NCBI GenBank assembly: GCA_900554215.1
Contig: USGG01000004.1
Coordinates: forward strand, 937 to 64,936
Reading direction: 5' to 3'
Source of the DNA: an uncultured Megasphaera sp.
Lineage (GTDB): Bacteria; Bacillota; Negativicutes; Veillonellales; Megasphaeraceae
Length of the DNA stretch: 64,000 nt
Below the pieces are notes generated by a model. That model saw only the letters and a program-made list of their open reading frames with translations, was not told the DNA's origin and did not search any database. Below are positions 50,079-60,262 of this stretch, piece by piece (the first letter of the stretch is position 1; each line of letters begins with the position of its first letter). A program made the position numbers and the translations under genes.

Positions 50079-50618
50079 ATGAAACACGAAGTCATACTCT
50101 CCGGTTTTGGCGGCCAGGGCGTCATGTCTATCGGTAAAAACCTTGTAGAAGCAGGGGTAGAAGAAGATCTGCAGGTTTCATGGGTACCCTCGTACGGCCC
50201 GGAAATGCGCGGCGGCACGGCGAACTGTACGGTTATTTTGAGCGATGAACGCATTGGTTCCCCGCTGGTAGAATATCCGTCGGAAGTCGTAGTCATGAAC
50301 CGCGCGGCATTGGCAAAATTCGGCCCGCACGTACAAAAAGGCGGCATTATGTTCATCAACAGCAGCATTGTGCCGGACAAGGTAGACCGTGACGACGTCA
50401 AGGTATACTATGTACCGTGCGACGACATTGCCCGCGAACTGGGCAATCCCAAGGTCAGCAACATGGTTATGCTCGGCGCATACGTAGCGGCTACGAAGGT
50501 GCTGAAAGTAGAAACCATCGAAAACATGATCCATGAAATGTTCACGGGCAAGAAAGCAAAGCTCGTTCCGCTGAACATGGAAGCCTTAAAACGCGGTATT
50601 GCCTGCGTTGAAGGGTAA
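50079..50618 (+). CDS. 2-oxoacid:ferredoxin oxidoreductase gamma subunit, copy 1
   Basis: SGFGGQGV, PSYGPEMRGGTA and NMVMLGA motifs. Confidence 0.9.
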   Translation: MKHEVILSGFGGQGVMSIGKNLVEAGVEEDLQVSWVPSYGPEMRGGTANCTVILSDERIGSPLVEYPSEVVVMNRAALAKFGPHVQKGGIMFINSSIVPDKVDRDDVKVYYVPCDDIARELGNPKVSNMVMLGAYVAATKVLKVETIENMIHEMFTGKKAKLVPLNMEALKRGIACVEG

Positions 50619-50670
50619 GGAACGCTAGACTATAATTACATAGCAGAAAACCTTTTTGCGGGTTTCTTAT

Positions 50671-50713
50671 AAAAAATCCCGGTACTGTCTCATCAGGCAG
50701 TGCCGGGATTTTT
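50671..50713 (+). terminator. Intrinsic terminator
   Basis: AAAATCCCGGTACTG/CAGTGCCGGGATTTTT. Confidence 0.8.
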
Positions 50714-50982
50714 GTTGTAGATTTTTCGTTATAATTGTTGCATTGAGAGAGTGTGGATTGTTTTTAGATAAAAAGATAGCTTCTTATTAATTGCAATTCT
50801 TATTATAGGACGACATTTTAAAGAATTTAATGCAGCATTACACTGGATTTAATCTGCTCTTAGTATATAAATATGTTTAGTTTATTGATATATTATATCA
50901 ATAAAATAATGTAAGATTACTAAAATTTATAAGAAATACATAGTATATTTCTAAAAAGAATAAGAAATATGCAAAAAGTGAC

Positions 50983-51056
50983 TTGTAAATGCTATATACC
51001 TATGATACCATGTAATTAAGATAAAAAAAACAGAACAACGTTCTATACAACAGAAC
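50983..51056 (+). promoter_or_regulatory. Promoter and putative IclR operator of the aminotransferase operon
   Basis: TTGTAA, 17 bp, TACCAT with a TG extension; followed by AGAACAACGTTCTATACAACAGAAC (51032-51056). Confidence 0.65.
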
Positions 51057-51083
51057 AAAAAATAAATTTAAGGAGTGATTCAT

Positions 51084-52265
51084 ATGCAGTTTTCTGAAAG
51101 AATGTCAAGAATTCAACCGTCGGCTATTCGTGATGTACAGAAAAAAATATCTAAAAAGCCAGGAGTAATTTCTTTTGCAGCTGGCTTGCCGGATCCGGAT
51201 TTATTTCCGTTGGAAGCATTAGCGGTTTCGACAGAAAAAATGATTCGGGAAAAAGGTAAAGAAGCTTTTCAATATGGATTGACTAAAGGCTACGGGCCGA
51301 TGCTTGATAAAATCCTCGAACGAATGGCTCGTAAAGAAAATATTCATGCGACTGTGGACAATATCATCATGACGACAGGCTCTCAGCAGGGATTGGCGTT
51401 GACTGCTATGATGTTCCTGGAAGAAGGGGATATCGTTGTTGCTGAAAATCCAAGCTATTTGGGCGGAATCAATGCTTGTCGTCCCTATGGGGCTCAATTT
51501 ATAGGCGTAGATACGGATGAAGATGGAATTGATACGGAGCAGTTGGATAAGGTATTAAGTGAAAATCCAAAAGTTAAGTTACTGTACGTTATTCCTAATT
51601 TCCAAAATCCGACAGGTAAAGCTTGGACACTGGAACGGCGCAAAGCCTTTATGGAAGTTATCAATAAGTACGACGTCATGGTAGTTGAAGATAATCCTTA
51701 TGGAGAAATTCGGTTTAAAGGCGAATTCGTTCCTACGTTGAAATCTATGGATACGCAGGGAAAAATCATATATTTAGGTTCTTTCTCGAAAATATTGGCA
51801 CCCGGCCTTCGCCTGGCATGGATGTGCGCGAATCCGGAAGTCATCAAACAAGCCGAATTGATCAAGGAAGGCTGGGATTTACAGTGCAACCAATTTGTCC
51901 AGGTACAGGCTGTGGCATTCATGAATTCCTATGACCTTGAAAAACACATTCAGGGAATTCAGCAGGCGTACAAGGACAAATGCGAGCTCATGCTGGCTGA
52001 AATGGAAAAAGAATTTCCGGCTAATGTGAAGTTTACGAAGCCGGAAGGCGGCATGTTTATCTGGGTTGTCCTGCCGGAACACGTCGACGCCAACGCTTTC
52101 TTAGACACGGCTTTAGAATACGGTGTCGCCTATATTCCCGGCGAATTCTTCTACGCTAATGAAGGCCCGAAGAATACGATGCGCATGAACTTCACGACCG
52201 TATCGGAAGAAAAGATCGTAGAAGGGATTCATTTGCTGGGAAAAGCTTTAAAAAGTATTTGCTGA
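51084..52265 (+). CDS. PLP-dependent class I aminotransferase (LysN/aromatic amino acid aminotransferase-like)
   Basis: ISFAAGLP, GSQQGL, IPNFQNPTG, EDNPYGE, GSFSKILAPGLRL and PEGGMF motifs. Confidence 0.9.
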   Translation: MQFSERMSRIQPSAIRDVQKKISKKPGVISFAAGLPDPDLFPLEALAVSTEKMIREKGKEAFQYGLTKGYGPMLDKILERMARKENIHATVDNIIMTTGSQQGLALTAMMFLEEGDIVVAENPSYLGGINACRPYGAQFIGVDTDEDGIDTEQLDKVLSENPKVKLLYVIPNFQNPTGKAWTLERRKAFMEVINKYDVMVVEDNPYGEIRFKGEFVPTLKSMDTQGKIIYLGSFSKILAPGLRLAWMCANPEVIKQAELIKEGWDLQCNQFVQVQAVAFMNSYDLEKHIQGIQQAYKDKCELMLAEMEKEFPANVKFTKPEGGMFIWVVLPEHVDANAFLDTALEYGVAYIPGEFFYANEGPKNTMRMNFTTVSEEKIVEGIHLLGKALKSIC

Positions 52266-52316
52266 TGTAAACTTTACAAAGATAGAAACACTCCATCTAA
52301 GGAGGGACGCAAAAAA

Positions 52317-53567
52317 ATGACAAATAAAGTGAGTTTCAAGTTAGTTTTGACCATGTTTGTTTTAGGGGCTTGCTGGTCCATTGTATATATTATTCCTTTT
52401 ATACAATATATATGGTATGACCCATTTAAAGAATTCATCAACGGGACAAACATGGAAATGGGGTTTTTGATCACCATATATGGGTTTGGAAATATTTGGG
52501 GGGCACCTCTTGGAGGATGGTTTGCTGATCGCTTCAACTACAAATACATATACGTAGGTTCAGTTATTCTAAATGGTCTGTTGACAATTGCTTTCGTGTT
52601 TAATCCTACGTATTCGTTTGCCGTATTCATTTGGATTGGCTTTGCCTTTGCTAGTTTGTTTATGAATTATCCGGCACACATTAAGATTATTAGAAGTTTA
52701 ACGACTGATGAAAATCAGGGAAAAATCTTCGGTTTTAATGAAACCTTCATTGGCGTATGGAATATTATTATCAATATGATGATGATGGCCATTTACGTCA
52801 AGTTTATGGAAGGTATTGCCGGCTTAACAGCTGCGATGATGGGTGTCGCAATTTTGTCCATCGTGTTAGGCGTTATCGCATTCTTTGTTCTTGAAAAGCC
52901 GAAGAAATCTTTGGAAACGGAAGAAAAGACGAATATTATCCAAGACTTCATTTTAGTAGGCCGTAAAAAAGCCACTTGGTTGGTAGCTATCCTCGTATTC
53001 TCTATTTATTCCTTCCTGACTACATTGACATACTTCACTCCGTATTTTACGGACGTACTTGGAGTTACTATTGTTTTTACTGGATGGGTTGCTATCTTGA
53101 GACAACATGGGATGACGTTGCTGGGCGCTCCTATTGGCGGCATACTTTCTGATATTTTGAAATCTCCGTCAAAAGTTTTGTTGGGTGTACAGGCTTTGGG
53201 GATTTTGGGATTTATCATGCTGCTTACAGTACATACGATGACAGCGCCGATTTTGATTGCATTGACATTGATTTTATCTGCAGCAGTATATATTGGCCGG
53301 GGCGCGTACTATGCGACCATTACGGAAGCGGGCATTCCTAGGGAATTGACAGCGTCTACCATTGGGATTGCGGCGGCTATTGGCTTCTCTCCTGACTTAT
53401 TCCAGTTTACGCTGTTTGGATATTGGCTGGACGTATATGGAAAGACGGCTTATACCTATATGTTCATTTTCCAAACGGTTGTACTGATTATCGGGTTCTT
53501 TGCAGCTATCGGTATTTTGAGGTTGCGGAAACAGAATCATGAAACTGTTCAGGCTATGGCAGAATAG
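52317..53567 (+). CDS. MFS transporter
   Basis: About 12 hydrophobic segments; GGWFADRF motif A; paralog of 60263-61552. Confidence 0.88.
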   Translation: MTNKVSFKLVLTMFVLGACWSIVYIIPFIQYIWYDPFKEFINGTNMEMGFLITIYGFGNIWGAPLGGWFADRFNYKYIYVGSVILNGLLTIAFVFNPTYSFAVFIWIGFAFASLFMNYPAHIKIIRSLTTDENQGKIFGFNETFIGVWNIIINMMMMAIYVKFMEGIAGLTAAMMGVAILSIVLGVIAFFVLEKPKKSLETEEKTNIIQDFILVGRKKATWLVAILVFSIYSFLTTLTYFTPYFTDVLGVTIVFTGWVAILRQHGMTLLGAPIGGILSDILKSPSKVLLGVQALGILGFIMLLTVHTMTAPILIALTLILSAAVYIGRGAYYATITEAGIPRELTASTIGIAAAIGFSPDLFQFTLFGYWLDVYGKTAYTYMFIFQTVVLIIGFFAAIGILRLRKQNHETVQAMAE

Positions 53568-53576
53568 ACTCGTGTA

Positions 53577-53609
53577 CCCAAGTAATAGAACGTTGTTCTA
53601 TTACTTGGG
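53577..53609. promoter_or_regulatory. Palindrome with perfect 15-bp arms centred on the AGAAC-N3-GTTCT motif
   Basis: CCCAAGTAATAGAAC GTT GTTCTATTACTTGGG. Confidence 0.65.
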
Positions 53610-53628
53610 AATAAAGGGGGAGGTTTGA

Positions 53629-55101
53629 ATGGATGGCAGTACCGATGGTACGTTAAGGCGGGCGCTTAAAGCCAGGCACATTACAATGATTGCCTTAGGG
53701 GGAACTATTGGAACGGGGTTATTCGTCGCTTTAGGCGGCTCTCTCAGTAGCGCCGGCGCGGGCGGCACGTTGACCGCATATCTTGCGATTGGGATTATGG
53801 TCTACTTTCTAATGACCAGTCTGGGGGAAATGTCAACGTTTATGCCCGTTTCCGGTTCATTTGAAACCTATGCGTCGCGGTTTATCGACCCGGCGCTGGG
53901 ATTTGCATTAGGATGGAATTATTGGATTAATTGGGCGGTTACGTTAGCTTCTGAACTCGTCGCCGCCGCTATGATCATTCAGTTTTGGTTTCCCAATACC
54001 AGTTCATTTCTCTGGAGTGCGGCATTTCTGCTTATTCTTGTTTTGCTGAACATATTATCCGCTCAATTATATGGGGAGTCGGAGTTTTGGTTTGCAGGAA
54101 TTAAGGTTGTAACGGTTATCGTGTTTCTGATTTTGGGCGTGGGCCTTATTCTGGGGATTATTGGCGGAGGCCAGCCTGTAGGATTTGAAAATTGGCAGGC
54201 AGGAGACGGAATGTTCCCCGGCGGGTTATTCGCTACGTTCAGTGTGTTTTTAATTGCCGGATATTCCTTTATGGGGACTGAAGTAGTCGGCGTTGCTGCC
54301 GGCGAATCGGCGAATCCGCGCCGAGACGTCCCAAAAGCGATTCACACGGTGTTTTGGAGAATTTTACTGTTTTACATTGGTACGATTCTCGTTATCAGCT
54401 TTTTGATGCCGTATAATGACCCGGATTTGTTAAAAAGCGGTTTGGAAGCCATCGGAGTCAGTCCCTTTACCTTGGTTTTTGAACGAGCCGGGATGGCGTT
54501 GGCTGCGTCCGTTATGAACGCTGTCATCCTGACGGCTGTACTGTCCTGCGGCAACACGGGGTTGTATGCTGGTTCCAGAATGCTGTACGCCTTGGCTTTA
54601 GAGGGGAAAGCGCCTAAGTTCCTGGCCAAGACCAGTTCGCGAGGCGTGCCTTATATGTCCGTAGCGTTTACGGCGGTCGTGGGTATGATGGCCTTCCTTA
54701 CGTCCGTCGCAGGAACTGGCAAGGTATATGTCTGGCTAGTAAACGGCGCGGGACTGACAAGTTTTATCGCCTGGCTGGGTATAGCCTGGAGCCATTACCG
54801 GTTCCGCAGAGCGTATCTTGCGCAGGGACATCGTGTGGACGAGTTGCCTTATGCAAGCAAGTTTTTCCCTCTGGGACCTTGGATCGGCATGGGAATTTGC
54901 GCTGTCGTTATTATTGGCCAAGCGTTGTTTTTCTTTGCCGAAAGTGAAATCGACTGGGGAGGCCTCATCGTTACATATAGCAGTATACCCCTGTTTTTAG
55001 GCTTGTTTGTTTGGTATAAGAAAAAATATGGCACGCACATGTTGACGCTTGAAGAAGTTGATTTTTCTGTTCCGCTAGATGTTTTAAAAAAGAGAGGGTA
55101 A
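53629..55101 (+). CDS. APC-family amino acid permease (LysP/RocE-like)
   Basis: RHITMIALGGTIGTGLF, GESEFWFAGIK, GTEVVGVAAGE and SPFT motifs. Confidence 0.92.
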   Translation: MDGSTDGTLRRALKARHITMIALGGTIGTGLFVALGGSLSSAGAGGTLTAYLAIGIMVYFLMTSLGEMSTFMPVSGSFETYASRFIDPALGFALGWNYWINWAVTLASELVAAAMIIQFWFPNTSSFLWSAAFLLILVLLNILSAQLYGESEFWFAGIKVVTVIVFLILGVGLILGIIGGGQPVGFENWQAGDGMFPGGLFATFSVFLIAGYSFMGTEVVGVAAGESANPRRDVPKAIHTVFWRILLFYIGTILVISFLMPYNDPDLLKSGLEAIGVSPFTLVFERAGMALAASVMNAVILTAVLSCGNTGLYAGSRMLYALALEGKAPKFLAKTSSRGVPYMSVAFTAVVGMMAFLTSVAGTGKVYVWLVNGAGLTSFIAWLGIAWSHYRFRRAYLAQGHRVDELPYASKFFPLGPWIGMGICAVVIIGQALFFFAESEIDWGGLIVTYSSIPLFLGLFVWYKKKYGTHMLTLEEVDFSVPLDVLKKRG

Positions 55102-55153
55102 GTGTTACAATTTAGTTAGAAATAACTAGATTGTAAAGGAGTGCATTCTCATT

Positions 55154-55942
55154 ATGAATAATAGTAATATAGCATCTGTAGAACGGGCATTAGACGTATT
55201 GTTGCTTTTGTATGGAGAAGGAAAGGAGATGGGCGTTTCAGAAATTGCTAACCAATTAGGCGTATATAAAAGTACGGTGCATCGGACGTTAGTTACGCTG
55301 CAATCGAAGCACTTTGTACAAAAAAACGAGGTAACCGATAAGTATTGGTTAGGAGCCAGCTTATATGCTATCGGCATGATGGTTGCCAATACGTATTCTT
55401 TAGCTGATATAGTAGCGCCGGAAGCGGATATTTTGTATATGAAGGTAAAGGATATCGTCAACGTTTCCATTTTGCATGTCGATTCGCTGAACGGCTATAA
55501 GAGCGTCGTTATTTACAAGGCCCGCGGACCGCAGCCGATGTTGAGCATGAATCCTGAAATCGGCTCTCATATGGACGCTTACGCTTCGTCTGTCGGCAAA
55601 TGTATGCTGGCGTTTAACGAGATTGATTGGCAAGTGGTAAAGGATACGAAGTTTTATGCATATACTAAAAACACGTTGACCAGCGTAGAAGCGCTGCAGG
55701 CAGAATTGGAACAAGTCCGTAAGCAAGGCTATGCGCTGGACAACGAAGAACGAGAAGAAGGTTTGTTTTGCGTAGGCGCGCCGATCTTTAATAAAAAGGG
55801 AAAGGCGATTGCGGCTATCTCTATATCCGGACCTAAAACCAGGGTATTTGATAATGATTTCGAAGAAAAAGTACGACTTTTGAAGCAATGCGCGCAGCGT
55901 GTGTCGACATTGACGAAAGATATAAGAGCTATGGATGAGTAA
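55154..55942 (+). CDS. IclR-family transcriptional regulator
   Basis: SVERALDVL, HTH EIANQLGVYKSTVHR, SSVGKCMLA and GYALDNEEREEGLFCVGAPI. Confidence 0.95.
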   Translation: MNNSNIASVERALDVLLLLYGEGKEMGVSEIANQLGVYKSTVHRTLVTLQSKHFVQKNEVTDKYWLGASLYAIGMMVANTYSLADIVAPEADILYMKVKDIVNVSILHVDSLNGYKSVVIYKARGPQPMLSMNPEIGSHMDAYASSVGKCMLAFNEIDWQVVKDTKFYAYTKNTLTSVEALQAELEQVRKQGYALDNEEREEGLFCVGAPIFNKKGKAIAAISISGPKTRVFDNDFEEKVRLLKQCAQRVSTLTKDIRAMDE

Positions 55943-55965
55943 TCCTATGAGAAAGGAGCTGTCGT

Positions 55966-57303
55966 ATGAATTATAAAGAAGAATATCAGAAAAAATTAAC
56001 AACTCCTGAAGAAGCGGTGAAAATTATTAAAAGCGGCGACTGGGTAGAATACGGTTCCTTTGGAAGTCCTTTGACCGTATTAGACCGGGCGCTGGCGGCG
56101 AGAAAAGACGAACTGCGGGATGTGAAAATCAGAACGGACTTTGACCCGATCATGCCGGCCGTCGTCGAAGCTGATCCGGAAGGGGAAGCATTTACGTATA
56201 ACAGCTTCCATCTCAGCGGTGTAGAGCGGAAGCTCATGAAACAAGGGCAGTGTTACTATGTGCCGATGCTGTATCATGAACTGCCTTCGTATTTTAAAAA
56301 GACCCTTCATAGCGATGTTGCTATGGTACCGGTATCTCCTATGGATGAAAATGGTAATTTTTATCTGGGACCTCAGGTATCGCATAATAAGGAAATGATT
56401 GAATTGGCTGACAAAGTCATTGTCGAAGTCAATCAACAGATGCCCATCTGCTATGGCGGCTATTATGAAACCGTTCATATTTCGGAAGTCGATTTAATTG
56501 TAGAAACGTCTCATCCGCTGGTAGAAGCTATTCCAGTTGAACCGACGGATATTGATAAGCAAATTGCCGGGCACGTTATGAAAGAATTGTGCGACGGCGC
56601 GACTATTCAGTTAGGCATCGGCGGCATTCCCAATGCCATCGGCGCGATGATTTCCCAGTCGGACTTAAAGGATTTGGGGATTCATACGGAAATGTTTACT
56701 GACTCTATGGTCGATATGATTCAGTCGGGACGCGTTAACGGAAGAAAGAAGACCTTAAATCCCGGAAAACACGTATTTACCTTTGCCATGGGCAGGAAGA
56801 GCTGCTATGACTTTGTCAATCGGAACTCTTCCTGCGCCACCTTCCCGGTAAGCTATGTCAATGACCCCTTTATCATTGCCCAGCATGATAATTTCATGGC
56901 TATCAACGGGGCCATTGAAGTAGATTTGTACGGTCAGGTGTCTGCCGAAAGCTCCGGCATGTTCCAGATTTCAGGGACTGGCGGCCAGGTAGATTTCATG
57001 TTAGGTTCGTATCGCTCGAAGGGCGGAAAGGGCTTTATCTGCCTGCCGTCGACATATAAGAAAAAAGACGGAACCGTTATCAGCCGGATTCGTGCCAGTT
57101 TCGAGCCCTGCACGATCATTACGACGCCGCGGACAATGACCAACTACGTCGTCACGGAATACGGTGCTGTGCAGCTGAAAGGTAAATCTACATGGGAACG
57201 GGCAGAATTGCTGATTTCTATTGCCCACCCTGATTTTAGAGAAGAACTGATTCAAGAGGCAGAAAAGATGAAAATTTGGCGTAAAAGCCAGAAAAAAGTA
57301 TAA
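55966..57303 (+). CDS. Acetyl-CoA hydrolase/CoA-transferase family (butyryl-CoA:acetate CoA-transferase-like)
   Basis: IQLGIGGIPNA, GIHTEM, ISGTGGQVDF and VVTEYG...IAHPDFREEL motifs. Confidence 0.88.
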   Translation: MNYKEEYQKKLTTPEEAVKIIKSGDWVEYGSFGSPLTVLDRALAARKDELRDVKIRTDFDPIMPAVVEADPEGEAFTYNSFHLSGVERKLMKQGQCYYVPMLYHELPSYFKKTLHSDVAMVPVSPMDENGNFYLGPQVSHNKEMIELADKVIVEVNQQMPICYGGYYETVHISEVDLIVETSHPLVEAIPVEPTDIDKQIAGHVMKELCDGATIQLGIGGIPNAIGAMISQSDLKDLGIHTEMFTDSMVDMIQSGRVNGRKKTLNPGKHVFTFAMGRKSCYDFVNRNSSCATFPVSYVNDPFIIAQHDNFMAINGAIEVDLYGQVSAESSGMFQISGTGGQVDFMLGSYRSKGGKGFICLPSTYKKKDGTVISRIRASFEPCTIITTPRTMTNYVVTEYGAVQLKGKSTWERAELLISIAHPDFREELIQEAEKMKIWRKSQKKV

Positions 57304-57336
57304 ATTCCATGATGTTTCTGACAAGGAGGGAACAGA

Positions 57337-57549
57337 ATGAGCGAACAAGATGTAAAAGTTTTAACGAGCCCTGAACGGTGCAAACAATGTGAGCTTTGTG
57401 TAGTGAATTGCCCTAAAAAATGCATTTCCTTCAGTGATGACATGAACAAAGCCGGGTATCATTTTACGGTCATTGATCACAGCCAGTGCATTGGCTGCGG
57501 AACCTGTTATATCGTTTGTCCTGACGGCGTATACGAAGTGTTAGGGTAA
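57337..57549 (+). CDS. 2x[4Fe-4S] ferredoxin subunit of 2-oxoacid oxidoreductase 2
   Basis: CKQCELCVVNCP and CIGCGTCYIVCP. Confidence 0.9.
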   Translation: MSEQDVKVLTSPERCKQCELCVVNCPKKCISFSDDMNKAGYHFTVIDHSQCIGCGTCYIVCPDGVYEVLG

Positions 57550-57563
57550 TAGGAGGTGGAATT

Positions 57564-58625
57564 ATGAAACAATTTATTCAAGGCAATGAAGCCATTGCGG
57601 AAGCGGCAGTACGTGCCGGTGCAAGAATGTTCGCCGGATATCCTATTACTCCGACGACGGAAATTTTAGAGTATTTATCGTGGCGTCTGCCGGAAGTAGG
57701 CGGCACGTTTATCCAGGCAGAATCGGAAATTGCCAGTATCCATATGGTAGTCGGCGCGGCAACGTGCGGCGTCCGGGCTATCACGGCATCCAGCGGACCG
57801 GGCCTCAGCTTGAAGCAGGAAGGTATGTCCGTATTGGCTGACGAACAGCTGCCGGCTCTTATCGTCAACTCGGTGCGCTACGGCAACGGTATCGGCACGC
57901 TCGTATCATCTCAGTGCGACTACCTCCGCGATACCCGCGGCGGCGGCAACGGCGATTACCGCCAGCTGGTACTGTGCCCGGCTAGTGTACAGGAAGCTGT
58001 AGATTTAGTTGGCCTCGGCTTTGACTTAGCGGAAAAATACCGCATGATCTGCGTGCTCATGACGGAAGCCGCTCTCAGTCATATGATGGAAGACTGCGAA
58101 CTGCCGCCGATGCAGGAACCGCATCGCTATGAATGGGGCATGGACGGCCATTATACGCATCCGCGCATCGGTATTTTCGACCGCGACAGCGTACAGGAAG
58201 CGAAGGAATGGATGGTCGAAAAATTTGCCAAAGTAAAAGAAAACGAACAGCGTTGGGAAGATGGCTATCTGGAAGACGCCGACTACGTATTTGTTGCGTA
58301 CGGCCTTACGGGCCGCAGTGTCATCGGCGCTGTCGAATATCTCCGTTCGCAGGGCGAAAAGGTCGGCTTCATCCGCCCGATTACGGTTTGGCCGTTCCCG
58401 GAAAAAGCCTTTGAAAAGATCAATCCGAACGTAAAAGGCGTATTGACTGTCGAAGCAAATGCGACAGGTCAGCTCATCGACGACGTAGCGTTGACATTGA
58501 AACGGCAGAAGCGAGGCCATGTACCTGTATTTACCAATCCTCATATCTGGGGAGTTCCGTCGCGCAAGATGATTATCGACGATTACAAGAGCGTGCTGCA
58601 AGGGACGTTGAAGGAGGTATATTGA
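57564..58625 (+). CDS. 2-oxoacid:ferredoxin oxidoreductase alpha subunit, copy 2 (VorB-like, divergent)
   Basis: GYPITPTTEI, QAESEIAS, ASSGPGLSLKQEG and RGGGNGDYR motifs. Confidence 0.88.
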   Translation: MKQFIQGNEAIAEAAVRAGARMFAGYPITPTTEILEYLSWRLPEVGGTFIQAESEIASIHMVVGAATCGVRAITASSGPGLSLKQEGMSVLADEQLPALIVNSVRYGNGIGTLVSSQCDYLRDTRGGGNGDYRQLVLCPASVQEAVDLVGLGFDLAEKYRMICVLMTEAALSHMMEDCELPPMQEPHRYEWGMDGHYTHPRIGIFDRDSVQEAKEWMVEKFAKVKENEQRWEDGYLEDADYVFVAYGLTGRSVIGAVEYLRSQGEKVGFIRPITVWPFPEKAFEKINPNVKGVLTVEANATGQLIDDVALTLKRQKRGHVPVFTNPHIWGVPSRKMIIDDYKSVLQGTLKEVY

Positions 58626-58626
58626 T

Positions 58627-59370
58627 ATGGCTGTAGCAAGAAAAATTCCGTATATTGCCAATAGACCTATGGGCTTCTGCCCTGGCTGCGGTCACGGTGT
58701 AGTTATCCGCTTGATTACAGAAGCGCTGGAAGAATTGGGGCAGGATAAAAACATTATTTTCGGTATCGGCGTAGGCTGCTCCAGCCTGCTGGGCGGCGGC
58801 TTAAACTGCGACCGTCAGCATTGTCCTCACGGCCGCGCAGGCGCCGTCTGCACCGGCATGAAGCGCGTAAATCCTGATAATGTCATCATTTCCTATCAGG
58901 GTGACGGTGACGCTTATAGTATCGGCATCGGCGAAAGCACGAGTGCCGCGTACCGCAACGAACGGTTTACGACGATCGTCATCAACAATACGAACTACGG
59001 CATGACTGGCGGCCAGATGAGCCAGACGACGCTGCCGGGACAGAAAACCAGCACGACCGTTGCCGGCCGCGACTGCGACCTGACAGGTATGCCGATGCAT
59101 TTCCCGGAAATGATCGCGCACAGCTTCCATCCGTCCTACGTCGCCCGCGGCAGTGTTGCCAGCGTAAAAGACATTATCCAGGCCAAGAAATTTATCAAAA
59201 AAGCAATTGAAGTACAATTGTCCGGTGAAGGCTATTCGTTCGTAGAAATTCTTTCCCCGTGCCCGACGAACTGGCACATGACGCCTGTTCAGGCAATGGA
59301 ACATATCGAAAAAGTCGTAAAACCGTATTTCCCCATTGGCGAATTTAAAGTGCCTGATGCGAAGGAATAA
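58627..59370 (+). CDS. 2-oxoacid:ferredoxin oxidoreductase beta subunit, copy 2
   Basis: FCPGCGHG, HGRA, YQGDGD, NYGMTGGQ and CPTNW motifs. Confidence 0.9.
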   Translation: MAVARKIPYIANRPMGFCPGCGHGVVIRLITEALEELGQDKNIIFGIGVGCSSLLGGGLNCDRQHCPHGRAGAVCTGMKRVNPDNVIISYQGDGDAYSIGIGESTSAAYRNERFTTIVINNTNYGMTGGQMSQTTLPGQKTSTTVAGRDCDLTGMPMHFPEMIAHSFHPSYVARGSVASVKDIIQAKKFIKKAIEVQLSGEGYSFVEILSPCPTNWHMTPVQAMEHIEKVVKPYFPIGEFKVPDAKE

Positions 59371-59390
59371 TGAGGAAGGAGTGAATCGGA

Positions 59391-59927
59391 ATGAAAGAAA
59401 TACTCTTAGGCGGACTGGGCGGTCAGGGCGTATTGACTGCCGGTACGATGATTGCTGAAATGGCAATTTATAAAGGCTATAAGGCGACGTGGAGCCCCGA
59501 GTACGGCTCGGCTATGCGCGGCGGCACGGCCAGCTGCGTTGTGAAATTCGGCGAAGGCCGGATTTACAGCCCTGAAAAGGAAGAAGCTGATATTTTATTA
59601 GCCATGAATGATGAAACGCTGACAAAATTTGCTTCTATGGTAAAACCGGGAGGCGTTGTCATCATTAACTCCAATATGGTTACGCTGCCGGAGAATTTTA
59701 GAACAGATGTAAAAGTTATTTCTGTACCATGCATGAACTTGGCTGAACGAGTTAATCATCCGAAGGGGGCTAACATCGTTATGAGCGGCGTCATTATCAA
59801 AGAAACAGGTGATTTTACGCTGCAGGAAGCAATTGACGGCATGAATGAAACTTTCCGCCGCAAAGGTAAAGAAAAGTTTGAAGCCTTAAATACGCAGGCG
59901 ATGAAAGTCGGATATATGTTTGCATAA
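59391..59927 (+). CDS. 2-oxoacid:ferredoxin oxidoreductase gamma subunit, copy 2
   Basis: GLGGQGV and PEYGSAMRGGTA motifs. Confidence 0.9.
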   Translation: MKEILLGGLGGQGVLTAGTMIAEMAIYKGYKATWSPEYGSAMRGGTASCVVKFGEGRIYSPEKEEADILLAMNDETLTKFASMVKPGGVVIINSNMVTLPENFRTDVKVISVPCMNLAERVNHPKGANIVMSGVIIKETGDFTLQEAIDGMNETFRRKGKEKFEALNTQAMKVGYMFA

Positions 59928-59932
59928 AAGAT

Positions 59933-59982
59933 AAAAAACGCCAAAATATACGAGTTTATCTTGTATATTTTGGTGTTTTTTT
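59933..59982 (+). terminator. Intrinsic terminator
   Basis: CGCCAAAATATAC/GTATATTTTGGTG stem followed by a T run. Confidence 0.75.
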
Positions 59983-60174
59983 GTGGAGCTTCATGCCGCA
60001 TAATAGTTAGCCAAAACATGTAAGAATATTTGAGTAAAGAATAAGTATAATTTAAATCGTGCTAACAATTACTTATATTTTAATAAATGAATTAAATATA
60101 TTTAAAAATTACAGATTATTATAATTAGACTATAAATAATTACAAAATAAGATACATAAATACCATAAAAATTC

Positions 60175-60246
60175 TTGCGGAATACGAATATATGTGATAC
60201 CATAAAGTCAATGAAAATATCAGAACGTTGTTCCGTAGAACAGAAC
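60175..60246 (+). promoter_or_regulatory. Promoter and putative IclR operator of the MFS-dehydrogenase operon
   Basis: TTGCGG, 17 bp, TACCAT with a TG extension; followed by AGAACGTTGTTCCGTAGAACAGAAC (60222-60246). Confidence 0.65.
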
Positions 60247-60262
60247 GAAGGGAGAGAATAGT

